DNA of 62,129 nucleotides, the filler included. It is 9 parts of 9 records of this genome, joined end to end, with 100 filler letters (N's around TTAATTAATTAA, not from the genome) between each part and the next. Parts side by side here need not be neighbours in the genome. Positions count along the whole stretch, not along the records: positions 29,558 to 37,674 come from SRR7504441_3358; positions 37,775 to 43,515 come from SRR7504441_3360; positions 43,616 to 48,971 come from SRR7504441_3361; 6 more parts are not named here. One strand, 5' to 3'. Under the pieces are notes generated by a model, which did not search any database, was not told the origin of the DNA, and saw only the letters and a list, made by a program, of their open reading frames with translations. Below are positions 35,436 through 46,600 of the stretch, piece after piece. Position 1 is the first letter of the stretch. Every line of letters starts with the position of its first letter. A program made the translations under genes and the position numbers.

Positions 35436-36440
35436 ATGTCTTCGCCAATGAAGCCCTGGAACCGGCCCCGATCCGAAAAGCCTGGTTCGGCCTCGCGACC
35501 AGCCCCCTCGGGCGGGAATCAGGCCCGATTCAATGCCGTCCCTGAGTTCCAGAGGGCGGCCGCTCGCCGGCCGGTCCAGGGGCGACCGCCGCCGCGCCAG
35601 CCCGAACCACCACTCCAGCTGCCCCCTGCGCTCGCTGCAGCCGCGGACTGGCTCCGTGCGCTCCCGCTCTCGGCGCGGCTGACGCTGGGTGGTGCTGTGC
35701 TCGCGGCGGCAGGGTTCAGCCAGTGCGAGCCACCCGAGGCGCGAGGGTGGGCAGCGGCGGTGACCCTGAGCTCGCACCTGTCGGTCCTGGCCACGCTGGT
35801 CCGGATGCTGCGAGGACCGGCCCCGGCGCACAAGCTGTTCCACATAGCGGCCGGGCTGGGCTGCCTTGCCACTGCCACCAGCTGCTACCGCACCGCCCGC
35901 CGCGAGCTGGGCACGGCGGGGCTCAGCTGGCAACAGTGGTGGGCGACACTCAAGGACCGGTGGGCGGTCTGGGCGTTGCGGCTGGCCGAGCCAGTACTGC
36001 ACGCGGTCCAACTCACCTTGCATCTGGCGATGCTGCTTAAGGCGAGCGCGGCAGGAGCAGGCGAGCCCAGACTGCCCCTGCCCAGATGGGCTCGTGCGCT
36101 GGTGGCGGTGGCGCACATCGGGATGGGCTCTGTGGCGCTGACTGGTCTGACTGCGTCGGCGCGGGAGGCAGTACAGAGAGCAGACAGCGAAGCCCACCTG
36201 GCGCTGGTGGGCTCGCTGTTGGTCGGGACCGGACTGTGGGGGGCGGCGCTTCGGACCACCGGATCTCCTCAGGCGGCCATAGGACTACCACAGGACTGCG
36301 CGAGCCTTGGGGCGGCCATATTGCTCGGGGGGACGCCTTCGCTGATGGTGGCGCACGATTGTCCCACAGCTCGGAGCATGCTGGTCACAACTTTGTGCAA
36401 CGGTTGGTCTGCATTTATGATGGCTGTTTTACAATCATGA
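35436..36440 (+). CDS. Hypothetical multipass membrane protein
   Basis: 334-aa ORF with a low-complexity N-terminus and several hydrophobic segments, ending before an AT-rich intergenic region. Confidence 0.55.
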   Translation: MSSPMKPWNRPRSEKPGSASRPAPSGGNQARFNAVPEFQRAAARRPVQGRPPPRQPEPPLQLPPALAAAADWLRALPLSARLTLGGAVLAAAGFSQCEPPEARGWAAAVTLSSHLSVLATLVRMLRGPAPAHKLFHIAAGLGCLATATSCYRTARRELGTAGLSWQQWWATLKDRWAVWALRLAEPVLHAVQLTLHLAMLLKASAAGAGEPRLPLPRWARALVAVAHIGMGSVALTGLTASAREAVQRADSEAHLALVGSLLVGTGLWGAALRTTGSPQAAIGLPQDCASLGAAILLGGTPSLMVAHDCPTARSMLVTTLCNGWSAFMMAVLQS

Positions 36441-36561
36441 ACATGATTGTATGCATGTACGCGCACGCATCACGCAAGGGAATCTAGTTGTCACCTAGCT
36501 AAATAGTGTCACCTCGGGTAAACTTTGTAATTAATATACATGCACACGAGATTACGCAACA

Positions 36562-37660
36562 CTAGCCGGCCAAGTCTGCTCCCCCGGGCTCTCTTGGACT
36601 CTTCTTCTTGAGCTTGGATGCAAGCTCAGTTAGAAGAGACGGCCCGTCGGCTATATCGTGTAACAACGTGGTCGCTCTAAGCAGCTCTTGGTCGGTTTTG
36701 TCCCCCTGCCACGCCGAGATTGGCACCCCATTCCTCGGCTGCTTGGAGTACGACTCGGGCCGGTCGTCTAGAATCAACGTATGCGCCAGATCCCGCCCGA
36801 GCCGGGAGAGGTCCTTTACAAACCCGCCCGTCTCGGTCCTGTCGCAGTGCCGACGGTACAGCCGGTGCTGTATGAGTCTTTGTGGGTCTAATCTATTGAT
36901 GATCGGATCGCAGTGCTGCTTGACCGAGGCCGTGAACACCACCAACTCGTAACAGCTGGCGAGGGTGCGGATCAGCTCGCGCGACCCGGGCCGGATGGCC
37001 ACATAGGTTGGGTAGGCCATGCCCTTGTAGTTTGCTGTGAAAAAGAAGTCTGGCTTATACGGTGCATTCATCTCAAAATGCTTCCGATTCTACCCACCAG
37101 GCTCAGCGCTCGAGAAGGCCAGTGGCACGCACCTCGCAGACGGTGGAGCATATAAGGGTCTGGTCCAGATCAATCACTAGGCAGTTGGCGGCCGGGTCCA
37201 ACGGCGGCGGCAGCAGCGCCTCGCCTGGCTCGGGCTTTGATCCGCCTCCAAAGCCTCCAAAGCATCCCCCGAAGCAACTCGGTGACGCTTTGACTGCCTG
37301 CGCCGGCCGGGGTGCTGACTCGTTGGAAGCGCACGGCTGATCCTCGTGAGGCTTGGGCCCGGTCTGCTCCTCCTTCGGCGCCAGCACTGGACTGAAGCTG
37401 CAGCCAGCCATTTCGGCCGCCTCCTCCGAGAGCGGCATCAGTTGCGGCGTAGTCACCGGCGTGTACTCGTCGTCCGATCCCAGGTCCGAGAAATCGGCAC
37501 ACGATATGCCGCAACGGGTCAACCCGCCGTCATCACCGCGCTCCAAGCTGTGGAGCGCGGTGATGTTCTCCAGACTGCCCGTTCGCGAGAGCCCACCCGC
37601 CGGGGAGGCTTCCCCTTCCGGGATCGACTCCATGCTGTCCACGCTCCAGGAGCGCGGCAT
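36562..37660 (-). CDS. CTD small phosphatase-like (NIF/FCP1 HAD family)
   Basis: CLVIDLDQTL (DxDxT), intron 37090-37132, VAIRPG, VVFTAS, KDLSRLGRDL and LILDD. May be 5'-truncated. Confidence 0.88.
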
Positions 37661-37674
37661 CGGCGATTGCCTCG

Positions 37675-37774
37675 NNNNNNNNNNNNNNNNNNNNNNNNNN
37701 NNNNNNNNNNNNNNNNNNTTAATTAATTAANNNNNNNNNNNNNNNNNNNNNNNNNNNNNNNNNNNNNNNNNNNN
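37675..37774. other. Artificial contig linker
   Basis: Same 100-nt linker. Confidence 0.97.
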
Positions 37775-39635
37775 GGGCGGTGGCCTGGTCATCCGCCTGA
37801 TGGACGCGACCTGATGGAGGCCCGGCGGTGGCTGGACGCGCTCGACGCGCTCGGCACGCTGCCCCCGCTCGGTGCTGCGCCCACCGGCCCGGGCCGACCG
37901 TTGTGCGTCAGGGCCGGTCAGCTCGGCGGCCGCACTCTGTCACATCGGGCTCCGGTCGGAAGTGCTGTGCTCGGACATGGCGCAGGGCGGGGGTCCGTGC
38001 AACCTGCCGAGGGACCTGGTCCACTGGCACGGCCGGACACTCCAGGGCCGCTACATCCTGCAGGCAGTTGCCCGCCCTGGCCGGGCCCGAGCCTGGGCCA
38101 CCAGGTGAGCGAGCTGATTGATATCAGCCAGCCAGTCGCGAAGAGGCGAGCCAGTCGCCGGGCCAGGGGTTGAGCGGGGCGCAGATACAAGTCGGAGTCG
38201 GCCGGCAAGAAGCGGTGTTTCAAGATGCATTTGACCGATGGGGCTGCCTCGCTGATTGGAATCGAGCATGAGCCGTGCCCAGCCCTGGACAAGCTTGCGC
38301 CCGGCGGCAAGGCACTGACCCGCCCCCCGGCCCCGGACAAGCCCGGACAGGTGGTTTTAACGGACGTGATGATCCGGCGGGGGGCGGCGCTGGTGTGCCC
38401 CGGCAACATCACGGTACGGGCAGCCAGTGGTTCGAATGAGCCTGGGGTCCGCAGCTGCTCGGGGGCTCCGTGGCGGAGCTGGTGACGGCGCGGGAAGAGA
38501 CCAAGCGGAGGATAAACGATTCGCTGTGAGCAGGCTGGGCTGGCGGGTCTGACCCGGAGGCAGGACTCACACGGCGCGGCTGCCGGGGGGGAATGGGCCG
38601 GCAGGGTCCAGCGGGGTGGGGCAGCCAGCGGCGATGAATGGTAGCCATCAGGCAGCACGGCAGCCGAGCGAGGCCGGCTCGAGGGCACGGGTGGACTTGG
38701 AGAGCCGCCAGCGCCGGGAGGAGGAGGAGGCGAGGAGAAAGCAGGAGGAGGAAACGCGGCAACAGGAGCTGCGCGAGCAACGGCGGCGGGAGCAGCGGCT
38801 AAGAGTGCAGCAGGAGCAGCAGCGCAGGCAGCTAGAGCAGCGGCAGCAGCGACAACGCGAGCAGCGGGAGCGTTCGCCGCAAGCTGGCCGACCGCTGCAG
38901 CCAACGATAGGCAATCCAGCGATTGGCAATCCTTTACGGAGCTCACGCCCTGCGGCACCGCAGCAAGCCGTTCCTGCGGGCGGGCAAGTCTCGATTGTGG
39001 AGCTGAGCAGCTTGGGCTCCAAGCGCGTTGGCGACTGCTTTGTAGTGAAGGTGACCGGGTCCCGTGCTGGCGTGATGCGGGATGCAGGCGATCGTTGCCG
39101 AGATTCGGCCTCTCGAAGGCAAATTTGGCGGGCTCAAAGCAATGCGGCAGATCCAAGCCAGACTCGAGGTAGCCGCTGGGCGAGCCAACGGCCGGACCGC
39201 GGGGGGGCAGGATGGGACTGGCTCGCATGACGCCTGGCTTGCGCCAGAGGTCTCCTGGGCCAGGGGCTCGCTAAGCAGGGGTGCAGTTTCTGTGCAGCTG
39301 TGCCGGAACTACAGTGGAGGCGTGGCGGCAGGCCGGGGCACGGAAGGACAAGGATTGGATCCAGCAGCACTACGCCGGGTCGGTCTGATCACTGCGAGCG
39401 CCTTCTGACTTTGGAGGCAGGATGCAGGCTGGCCTGACTTGCTGTGAGGGCGCCTTCAGGGTCAAGCTGGCTACTGAGCCGTGGGGCCCCAGGACGCTCG
39501 TTGTGACCGAGGTGGCTCGGCTGAGTGCTGGGTGCTCAGCGGGCGTGGCAGCGAGTGCCGGATGAGCAGTGGGTGCAAGCACATATGAGCAAGTTGCTGG
39601 CTGAGCAGGGCGGGCTCATCTGTTTCAAGGCCTAG
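37775..39635 (+). CDS. RMI1: RecQ-mediated genome instability protein 1 (multi-exon, 5'-partial)
   Basis: Spliced LQGRYILQ|VSELIDISQPVAKR|YK...KRCFKMHLTDG...GIEHEPC...PGGK|VVLTDVMIRRG...|LLGGSV matches the RMI1 N-terminal OB fold. C-terminal OB has DGTG...MQAGLTCCEGAFRV. Confidence 0.8.
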
Positions 39636-40153
39636 GACGGGCTACTACTCACAGGAGCGGCTCCTACTACGAGCGCCACAATGATAAAACAATTATAGGA
39701 TTCATAGAAAGCTGTGGCATCAATGACGAGACACTTGCCTCTCAAGACTTGAGACCATGTAGCTGATTAAAGCTGAGATGAACGCTAGGGGAGTTCTAAC
39801 TAAGTTAGAATTCAATTAAACGACTTGAACGATGCACGTTTAATTAAGTCAAATCTAGATGAAGCTGAGATGAACGCCCTTGATCTCATTTTTGCGATGC
39901 ATATGGCACTTCAACGTAAAATTCTAGTAAAATTCTTCAACGTTTATATTCCACGTTTATTCCGGTGTCATACAGGCGGCGAGAGACCAAGATCAAGTTC
40001 AACACCTGATTGACTATTGCAAGTCTCATCCTCCTCTGCTTGATAAAAAGAATAGTCACCAGGTCCGTGTTGTGTTGAGTGAATTTTACTATTACTTTGC
40101 GGCACAAAGTCTGGTGGGTCCAACCAACGGTATTGATACCGTTCTGGTACCTG

Positions 40154-43100
40154 TCACAGACATGAAATCTTGCAACAAGCGTTGCTACTTACAGGAATCA
40201 ACATGTTAAGCACACAGACAGAGAAAGCCAGACCAGCCACCATGAAGGGTATGTACGACGGCCAATGTGAAGTGGAATCAATAGTATATACCCATGAAGA
40301 GCGGGCAGCTGCAGGTATAGCTCTGATGACAGCAGCTTCAACATTTGAGCTCACGACGTCATAGCAATTATTCCTCCAGAGGATGGCAGAGGTCAATGAT
40401 AGAACCATCGCCACCGCGGCTAGCGGCATAGAGGCATTTTTTATGGAGCGTGAATCGTTGTGCGGGGATATACGTTTGAAACTCAGGTAGACGAGCGGCA
40501 CCTGTATGGCGCAGCTGAGAGCTAATGTAACATACAGCTGCACTCCCGCCTGCTCGCAGTCGTTACCTGCAAAAATACACACCAGTATCACGCATCACAA
40601 GGCAGGGGCAGCTCACATGTGCCAGCTTCCAGACCTTTGGTGCACCAGCCATCCACAAATCTCCACTTGCCCGACTCGTATCCAATGTCCGCACACTCGC
40701 TGTAACTGTAGGTGCAGCCAGGGCGGTTCACATCAGGAATCGCAACCTCGTATTGATATTCAGCTATCGACACACAGTCCAGTTTCACACCCCAGCCATC
40801 GGCATATGTCCCAACGGAGTACGCACCTGGTGCGACCTCTGAGAGTGGTGTCACCACTGGTCCTTCAAAAAGGGCTGTACCAGAGCAATCGACAGAATCC
40901 ATAACTTCAACCTGGGCTAAAATTGCCGAAATACACGTGATCACTTTGCAGCCAGGTGACTCTAGAGGTGCACCAACGACACCGAAGTTGTAGGTGCCTG
41001 TGCCCCAGTCTTGATACATGCCACTGCCATTCTCGATCTCGAGAAGCTTTTCAGCCACATCGGGATCTACACTGGTCAGTGTGATCTTCGGAATATGTGT
41101 CGTCGGACTTGCACTCGGCGTGTAACTGCATTGTTGCCCTACTATCAAGCCAATGGTGTAGGTAGTACCGTCTACAGTAATTTCGGCCACCTCACAAGCT
41201 GGATCACCTGGTAATGGTTCAGACAGGTACTGGACGGTGTTGTCATCGGTGCAGGCCCCCTCCCCATCCGGAGCCGTGAACTTAACCTTCGGTACAAAAT
41301 TGCTCACGCTCGCGGCTTGATACTTGCTGTTCTCCTCGTCACACAGGATGTTGAGGCAGTAGCTCAGTTTACCGTCAGAAGGACTTGATTCGAGTAAAAT
41401 GTTATACCAGATGCTTGCTCCTTCTTGTGTACTCGCCAGCAGTGTGTAATTCTGTGACAGGCTACTGCACACCGTATCCTCCTCAAAGATTTGTATATTT
41501 GTAGCCCACGAACCAGAGTAAGTCACTTCAGGAGGTTCACCGCTGTAGGCATACGTCAACACACCAAGTTCCACCCCGATGCCATCCACAATCTGGGATG
41601 TTGACTCTCCTGGTATGATGGTACTCCCCTCAAAGTCTACGCTCGCCTTGATGTTGCCCCAAGAAAACTGTTTGATAAATCCATAGTCTCGGGAGGCTCC
41701 GTAGACCAGCACAAAGATAGATGCTATGATGCTCACAGACGCCAGGATCGCAATGATGTAGCTAAACCGCATCCGGTAGACATTCAGGTTGCGGAAACCA
41801 AATTTGGCCAAAACGCCACATACGAAGTTGTAAGCACAATTGGCCCTGGCAGCGCTTCCATGCTTGGCTGCCTCCTGCTGATCGTTGAGTAATTGTTCCT
41901 GTATATCCCTCAGGGGGCTGTCATCTAATTTGAGCAAATCCTGCAAAAGCGCCAACATTCTCAGGTGAGATGCCTCAACGAGCGGGGATTTGAGCTAGTT
42001 GCTATGGGATTCTACTGGGAGTTTGCATAACATACAGGGTTCTACTATATTTTGGTTGCCCCGCACCTGGAGAACTGCTAGCATTCTTGGATCTGAGGAT
42101 GCTCCTCTGTGATCGCAGTACCGCAGCTCCACGCACCGGACATTGCAGCGGTGCTTCCAAGTCTCCGGGTGGCGCAAGCTGTGATAGGGGACAGTCCCAT
42201 CACCGGACAGGCTCACCTGTGTGCCATCTTCTTTCCTGATCTGTACACTGTCATCTGTCTCATATGCCACGCCTCCGATCACAATTAGTCCATCAATGTC
42301 GCCCTCGGTGTCAAGTTCAAATCTTGCCTGTAACTCTCCCGTTGTCCCGCCACTATGATGTATTTCTGTGTGCTTGAGGAACAAGGCCTGCACCCCTCCC
42401 CAAATCAGAAGCATGGCCAGGCTTCAAAAGTTACGCGAGGTGTAGCCATGTCCACACCATAAATAGCCGTCACGTCAGCAACCGGCGGTGCCACAGTATC
42501 CTCGACGAAGTCATGGCCAGGCGAGGGCACTTTCCACGCATCCGCTTGCTGCATATAGAGCCCTTCATACTCACAGAGTGCAGCAATGCGTACAGAGCTC
42601 CATTTAGGGCGGTTTCGCCCGGGCAGACACTCTAGGAGTGTTTCCAGACCGCTTCCACAGCCACCGTTATGCATGGCCAGGGGATAATCAGTGGGTGCAG
42701 CTGTATGCAACGCACTGCTGGCGATGACATCAAACTTGACAACTAGAGTGCCTGCATGATAGCTATCGGAACTATCTTCAATTTGAAAAGCCAGCTCCTG
42801 GATCTCATCCTCATGCAGGTGAAGCCCAACTTTGATGCTAGCTGCTGCCGGTGCGTGCAGCCAAGGCGCAGTGAGCTGCATACGCACCGTAGTTGCCTCC
42901 CCTAACTCCGACTCCAGTGCAAATGTGAAACTTTCAAAGAAAGGGCGCGTTTGGCCTGAAAAGAGGGGCTGCTCACAACTGACTGAAAAAGAGCCTTGCT
43001 CAACTTGCAGCTGCGCATTACTGGCTTCAACTGGCGCCTTGCCTGTGCCGTCAGAAAATGCACCAATGGAGACCCGCAGCAAAGTCTGGTCGCGTACTAG

Positions 43101-43515
43101 CACGAATGGCATGTCAAGCCCATCCTGCCAGTTGTCTATTGGCTGTAGATATCGGCCGACGGGTACCGACCTGAAGATCTTTAGCATCTGCCAGGCGCGT
43201 AAGCTCATGCATTCACGCTACGAGGCACCTGGGACTGCGAGAAAAGCAGATCCAGCGGAGGGAACGTACCATCCACCAGCACAGCACGCGTGAGTGCCAC
43301 AGAGCCCAGAAAAGGTCCTCCCAGAGCCACAAAGTGCTGCAGGTGCCGTTTCACCCAGTGGTCGCCCTTCTCGGCGTGGCAAAAGTGCAAAAAGTACTGG
43401 AGCAACCAGGTCAGCCCGTGAGCAGCCACAGCAGCCGCGCACCTTTGCAATCCGGCAGCCCAACGAGAATCCGATGGCCACCGCTGGCCTGTGCTCTGGG
43501 TCGGCAGCCACCATC
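40154..43515 (-). CDS. LCAT/PDAT-like alpha/beta hydrolase fused to a four-TM (claudin/amastin-like) domain with a large extracellular loop (5'-partial)
   Basis: GFSLG nucleophile elbow, FVALGGPFLGS, AIYGVD, GDGTVPYHSL and CDHR triad. Intron 41941-42066 links to TM1 and a Cys-rich loop. Intron 40567-40616 gives TCNDCEQAG followed by three more TMs. Confidence 0.7.
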
Positions 43516-43615
43516 NNNNNNNNNNNNNNNNNNNNNNNNNNNNNNNNNNNNNNNNNNNNTTAATTAATTAANNNNNNNNNNNNNNNNNNNNNNNNNNNNN
43601 NNNNNNNNNNNNNNN
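43516..43615. other. Artificial contig linker
   Basis: Same 100-nt linker. Confidence 0.97.
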
Positions 43616-46600
43616 GCCGCCGGGCCCGGCCTCTGGCGGGTTGGACTTCCGGGCGATGGGCTACGGCAAGCTCAAGCGCTGGCTGCTGGCGCACGGATGC
43701 ACCCGGTCCGACCTCAAGACGCCCGCCGGGTACCCGATCTCGAACCTGGACGACTTGGTCGATCTGGCCGAGCTCCGGGCCGCCGCCGCCGACCCGGAGG
43801 ACGGCCCCACCCACCAGCGGACCGCCGGCTCGTCGGCGCGGGTGGTGAGCGCGCTGCTCAGGGCGAATGCCGAGCGGGAGGCCCCGCTGCACCAGCTGAT
43901 CGAGCTGAGGATGGACGGCGGCGGGACCGCGCTGCATCTGGCGGCGGCGGCCGGGTTGGGCTCGCTCTGCAAGGCGCTGGTGGATGCGGGTGGCTCGAGA
44001 TTGCTCGATATCGAAGATGATGATGGGAGGACTCCGGGGACTGTGGCGGAGCTGTCCGGCCACCCGGCGCTGGCCGCCCAGCTGCAGCCGGCCACCGTGG
44101 ACCCATCGGCAGAGGGCCCCGCCGTCCGGCGCCGGCGCGCACAGCTCGGGGCCGAGCTCAAGGCCTTGGAAAAGGTGCTGCAATGATAATATAAAGTCTA
44201 AAGGCAGTGGGCAGAGTGAGCACCAGGGCCTCGGCAAGCTGCAGCTCGGCCGGCTGATCGGCTGGTGCTCCGGGAGCGAGAAGCGGCCGGTGGCCGAAGT
44301 CGAGAAGGAGCTTTTCAGGATGATCCGACAGGTTGCCCGATTAGGAGCCGCTGTTTAACTGTTACACTAGGAAGCAGTCGAGCGGCGCGAGGCTGTCCGC
44401 CGGGCGCGAGAGGAGGACGGGGCCCGCAGAGTGGACCTGGTGCTCTCGGAGAGTGCGGAGCTCGCCAGCTGGCTGCCGGTGCTGCCCTCAGTCCGGCTAG
44501 TCCAACTGCAGATGGGATGGCCGGACCCGTGCTTTCGCGAACTCCGGCGCTACGCCAAGCTGCGGGTCCGCAACTGCCGGCCGGTTGACTCACCCCATGG
44601 GTAAGGTGCTGCTCAGCGATACGATCGGGCTGCAGCCGGTAGTTGCGGAGATCTGCCGGGGGCTGAGGGATGCAACTGGCCGGGCCACGCTGGCTGAACC
44701 GTGGCACCCTCGGCATGTGCTCCTCTCGGGGCCCTTCGGGTGAGTCGCCTGGGTATCCGGCTGACCGGCGCCAGCTGTGGCAAGACTACCGCTGCGCAGC
44801 TGCTCGCGGCGGCCGGGCTGGTGCTCGGCCAGCTGCAACCGGCCGAGCCTACAGGCCCCAAGCCGGCCGCAGCGCCCGACCGGGTGAGTTGCCGGGCGTT
44901 GGCTGCCAGCGGGGGCAGGTGTGTGTGGAGGATGGGACGCGGATGCGGGCGTGCGACTGGGCGGGCTGGGCGGCCCGGCAGGAGGGGCACAGGAGCTTCT
45001 TCGAGGAGAAGCCTTTGCTGGACGAGATCCCTCTTGTCGAGTGCTCACTCGAAGACCTCAAGAACCCGAGGCGAGTCTAGTCGTCTAAGCCGGCCGACCG
45101 GGCGCAGGGTGGTGGAACAGCAGCCCGGGAGAGCGTTCCTGGTGCGCGTGCACCGGCCGAAGGAGCCCTCGATTCAAGACAGCATGCTGCTTGACAGGCT
45201 GGTCGAGGCTGGCAGCTTTGCGATCATCGCTGGGCCGGCCGAGGCGGTGGACAAGTTCAAGCAGCTGCCTTGCCTGCAGCAGCACGACAGGCTGGTCGAG
45301 CTGAGCCTCCCGGCGCTCGACGTGTGCTGGCTGGGCTGCACGGCTGAGCCGAGCCAGGTGACCGGGCTGGCCAAGATCACCCTCAGGCTGGTCGCTGAGC
45401 GAGGCTACTCGCTACAACCGGACGACCAGGTGGCGCGTGGTTTGTGTGTGCGGCCGACGGGGCGCAGGCGGATGATCGGCTGGATCTGGCTGTGATGGAG
45501 CACATTGTGCACCAGACGTGCCTCACTGGTGCTGCTTGCCTGAGCGGCTAGGGCAGATACGACGACGAAGCAATCGCCGGGGCCAATGGGCATCTGGCTC
45601 AGGACATGCTGCAGCGGGCGATCTCCAAGAAGAATGACCGGATCGAGGCCGATCGCGGGATGGCCAAACCAGGCCGGCTGGTGCTCACGCCGCGCGACTT
45701 TGGCGTCGAAGCGTTTGCTGAGTCTGAGCTGGAGGAGATGAAGCAGCAGGTGGAGCAGCAGGTGCGGGCACACAGTATAGCATACCTGAGTTGGATTGCA
45801 GGTGTCCGAACTGTGGGACCAGCGCCCGGTGTCCGACTCGCAGAAGCTGCTCACCGCCGGGCCGCTCCTGCCCGCCCAGTACTTACTATACTCCTATAGT
45901 TCTAGGCTATGCTACTGTACTAGGGCTCGACTGCTCGGCTGCAGGTACATCTCGCACCTCAAGCTGATGCTCCAGCCCAAGCCGGCCAGCCCCGCCCCGC
46001 GGGACCTGTCACCCCGCCCGCGGAGCCTGATCACGCCAGACATGCTCCAGCAGGCCACCACCCAGCTCAAGCCGAGCGGCTCGCGCGGCAAGGGCCGGCG
46101 GCGGGACAACTGGAACCTGATGGTCACTGGCCCGCACGGGGTGGGCAAGCGCAGGCTGACTTCTCTGGTGTGCAAGTACTTCAGGGCGCACAGGATCGTG
46201 CTCAAGGAGGTGCGCTCACTGGCACTAGCCGGCCGAGTCGGGGGCAGATGGTGCTCGAGCGGGCACTTGAGAAGATGTCGGGCAGTCCGGATGACGAGAT
46301 GAGCAAGCTGCTCGAGTCGCGCGCCGGCGGGGTGCTGCTACTCACAATGGAAGAGGACGCGCTCCCGGTGGCGGCCAACGACTCGGAGAAGCAAGCGGCC
46401 AACCTCAAGTGGCTGCTAGAGCTGGCCAAGGCGCGCGCGCTGGTGGTGGTGCTCTCGACTTCGTGGCCCCGGGCGAGCAAGCTGATCCACGCCGAGCCCG
46501 AGCTGAGCACCGCGCTGCATTGGCACGTCAACATCGGCGAGTTCGGGCCAGAGCGGCTGACCAGGATCGCTATGGACTACGCACAGGATAAGCTGGAGGC

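Noticed and set aside
39636-40153. AT-rich intergenic stretch with AAGCTGAGATGAACGC repeated twice
   Set aside because: A short isolated duplication between convergent genes, with no terminal repeats or RNA gene structure evident.
43616-43780. LOTUS/OST-HTH-like motif (LDFRAMGYGKLKRWL) at the start of the AAA gene
   Set aside because: Too short and truncated by the linker. It could equally be a SAP/HeH-like helix pair.
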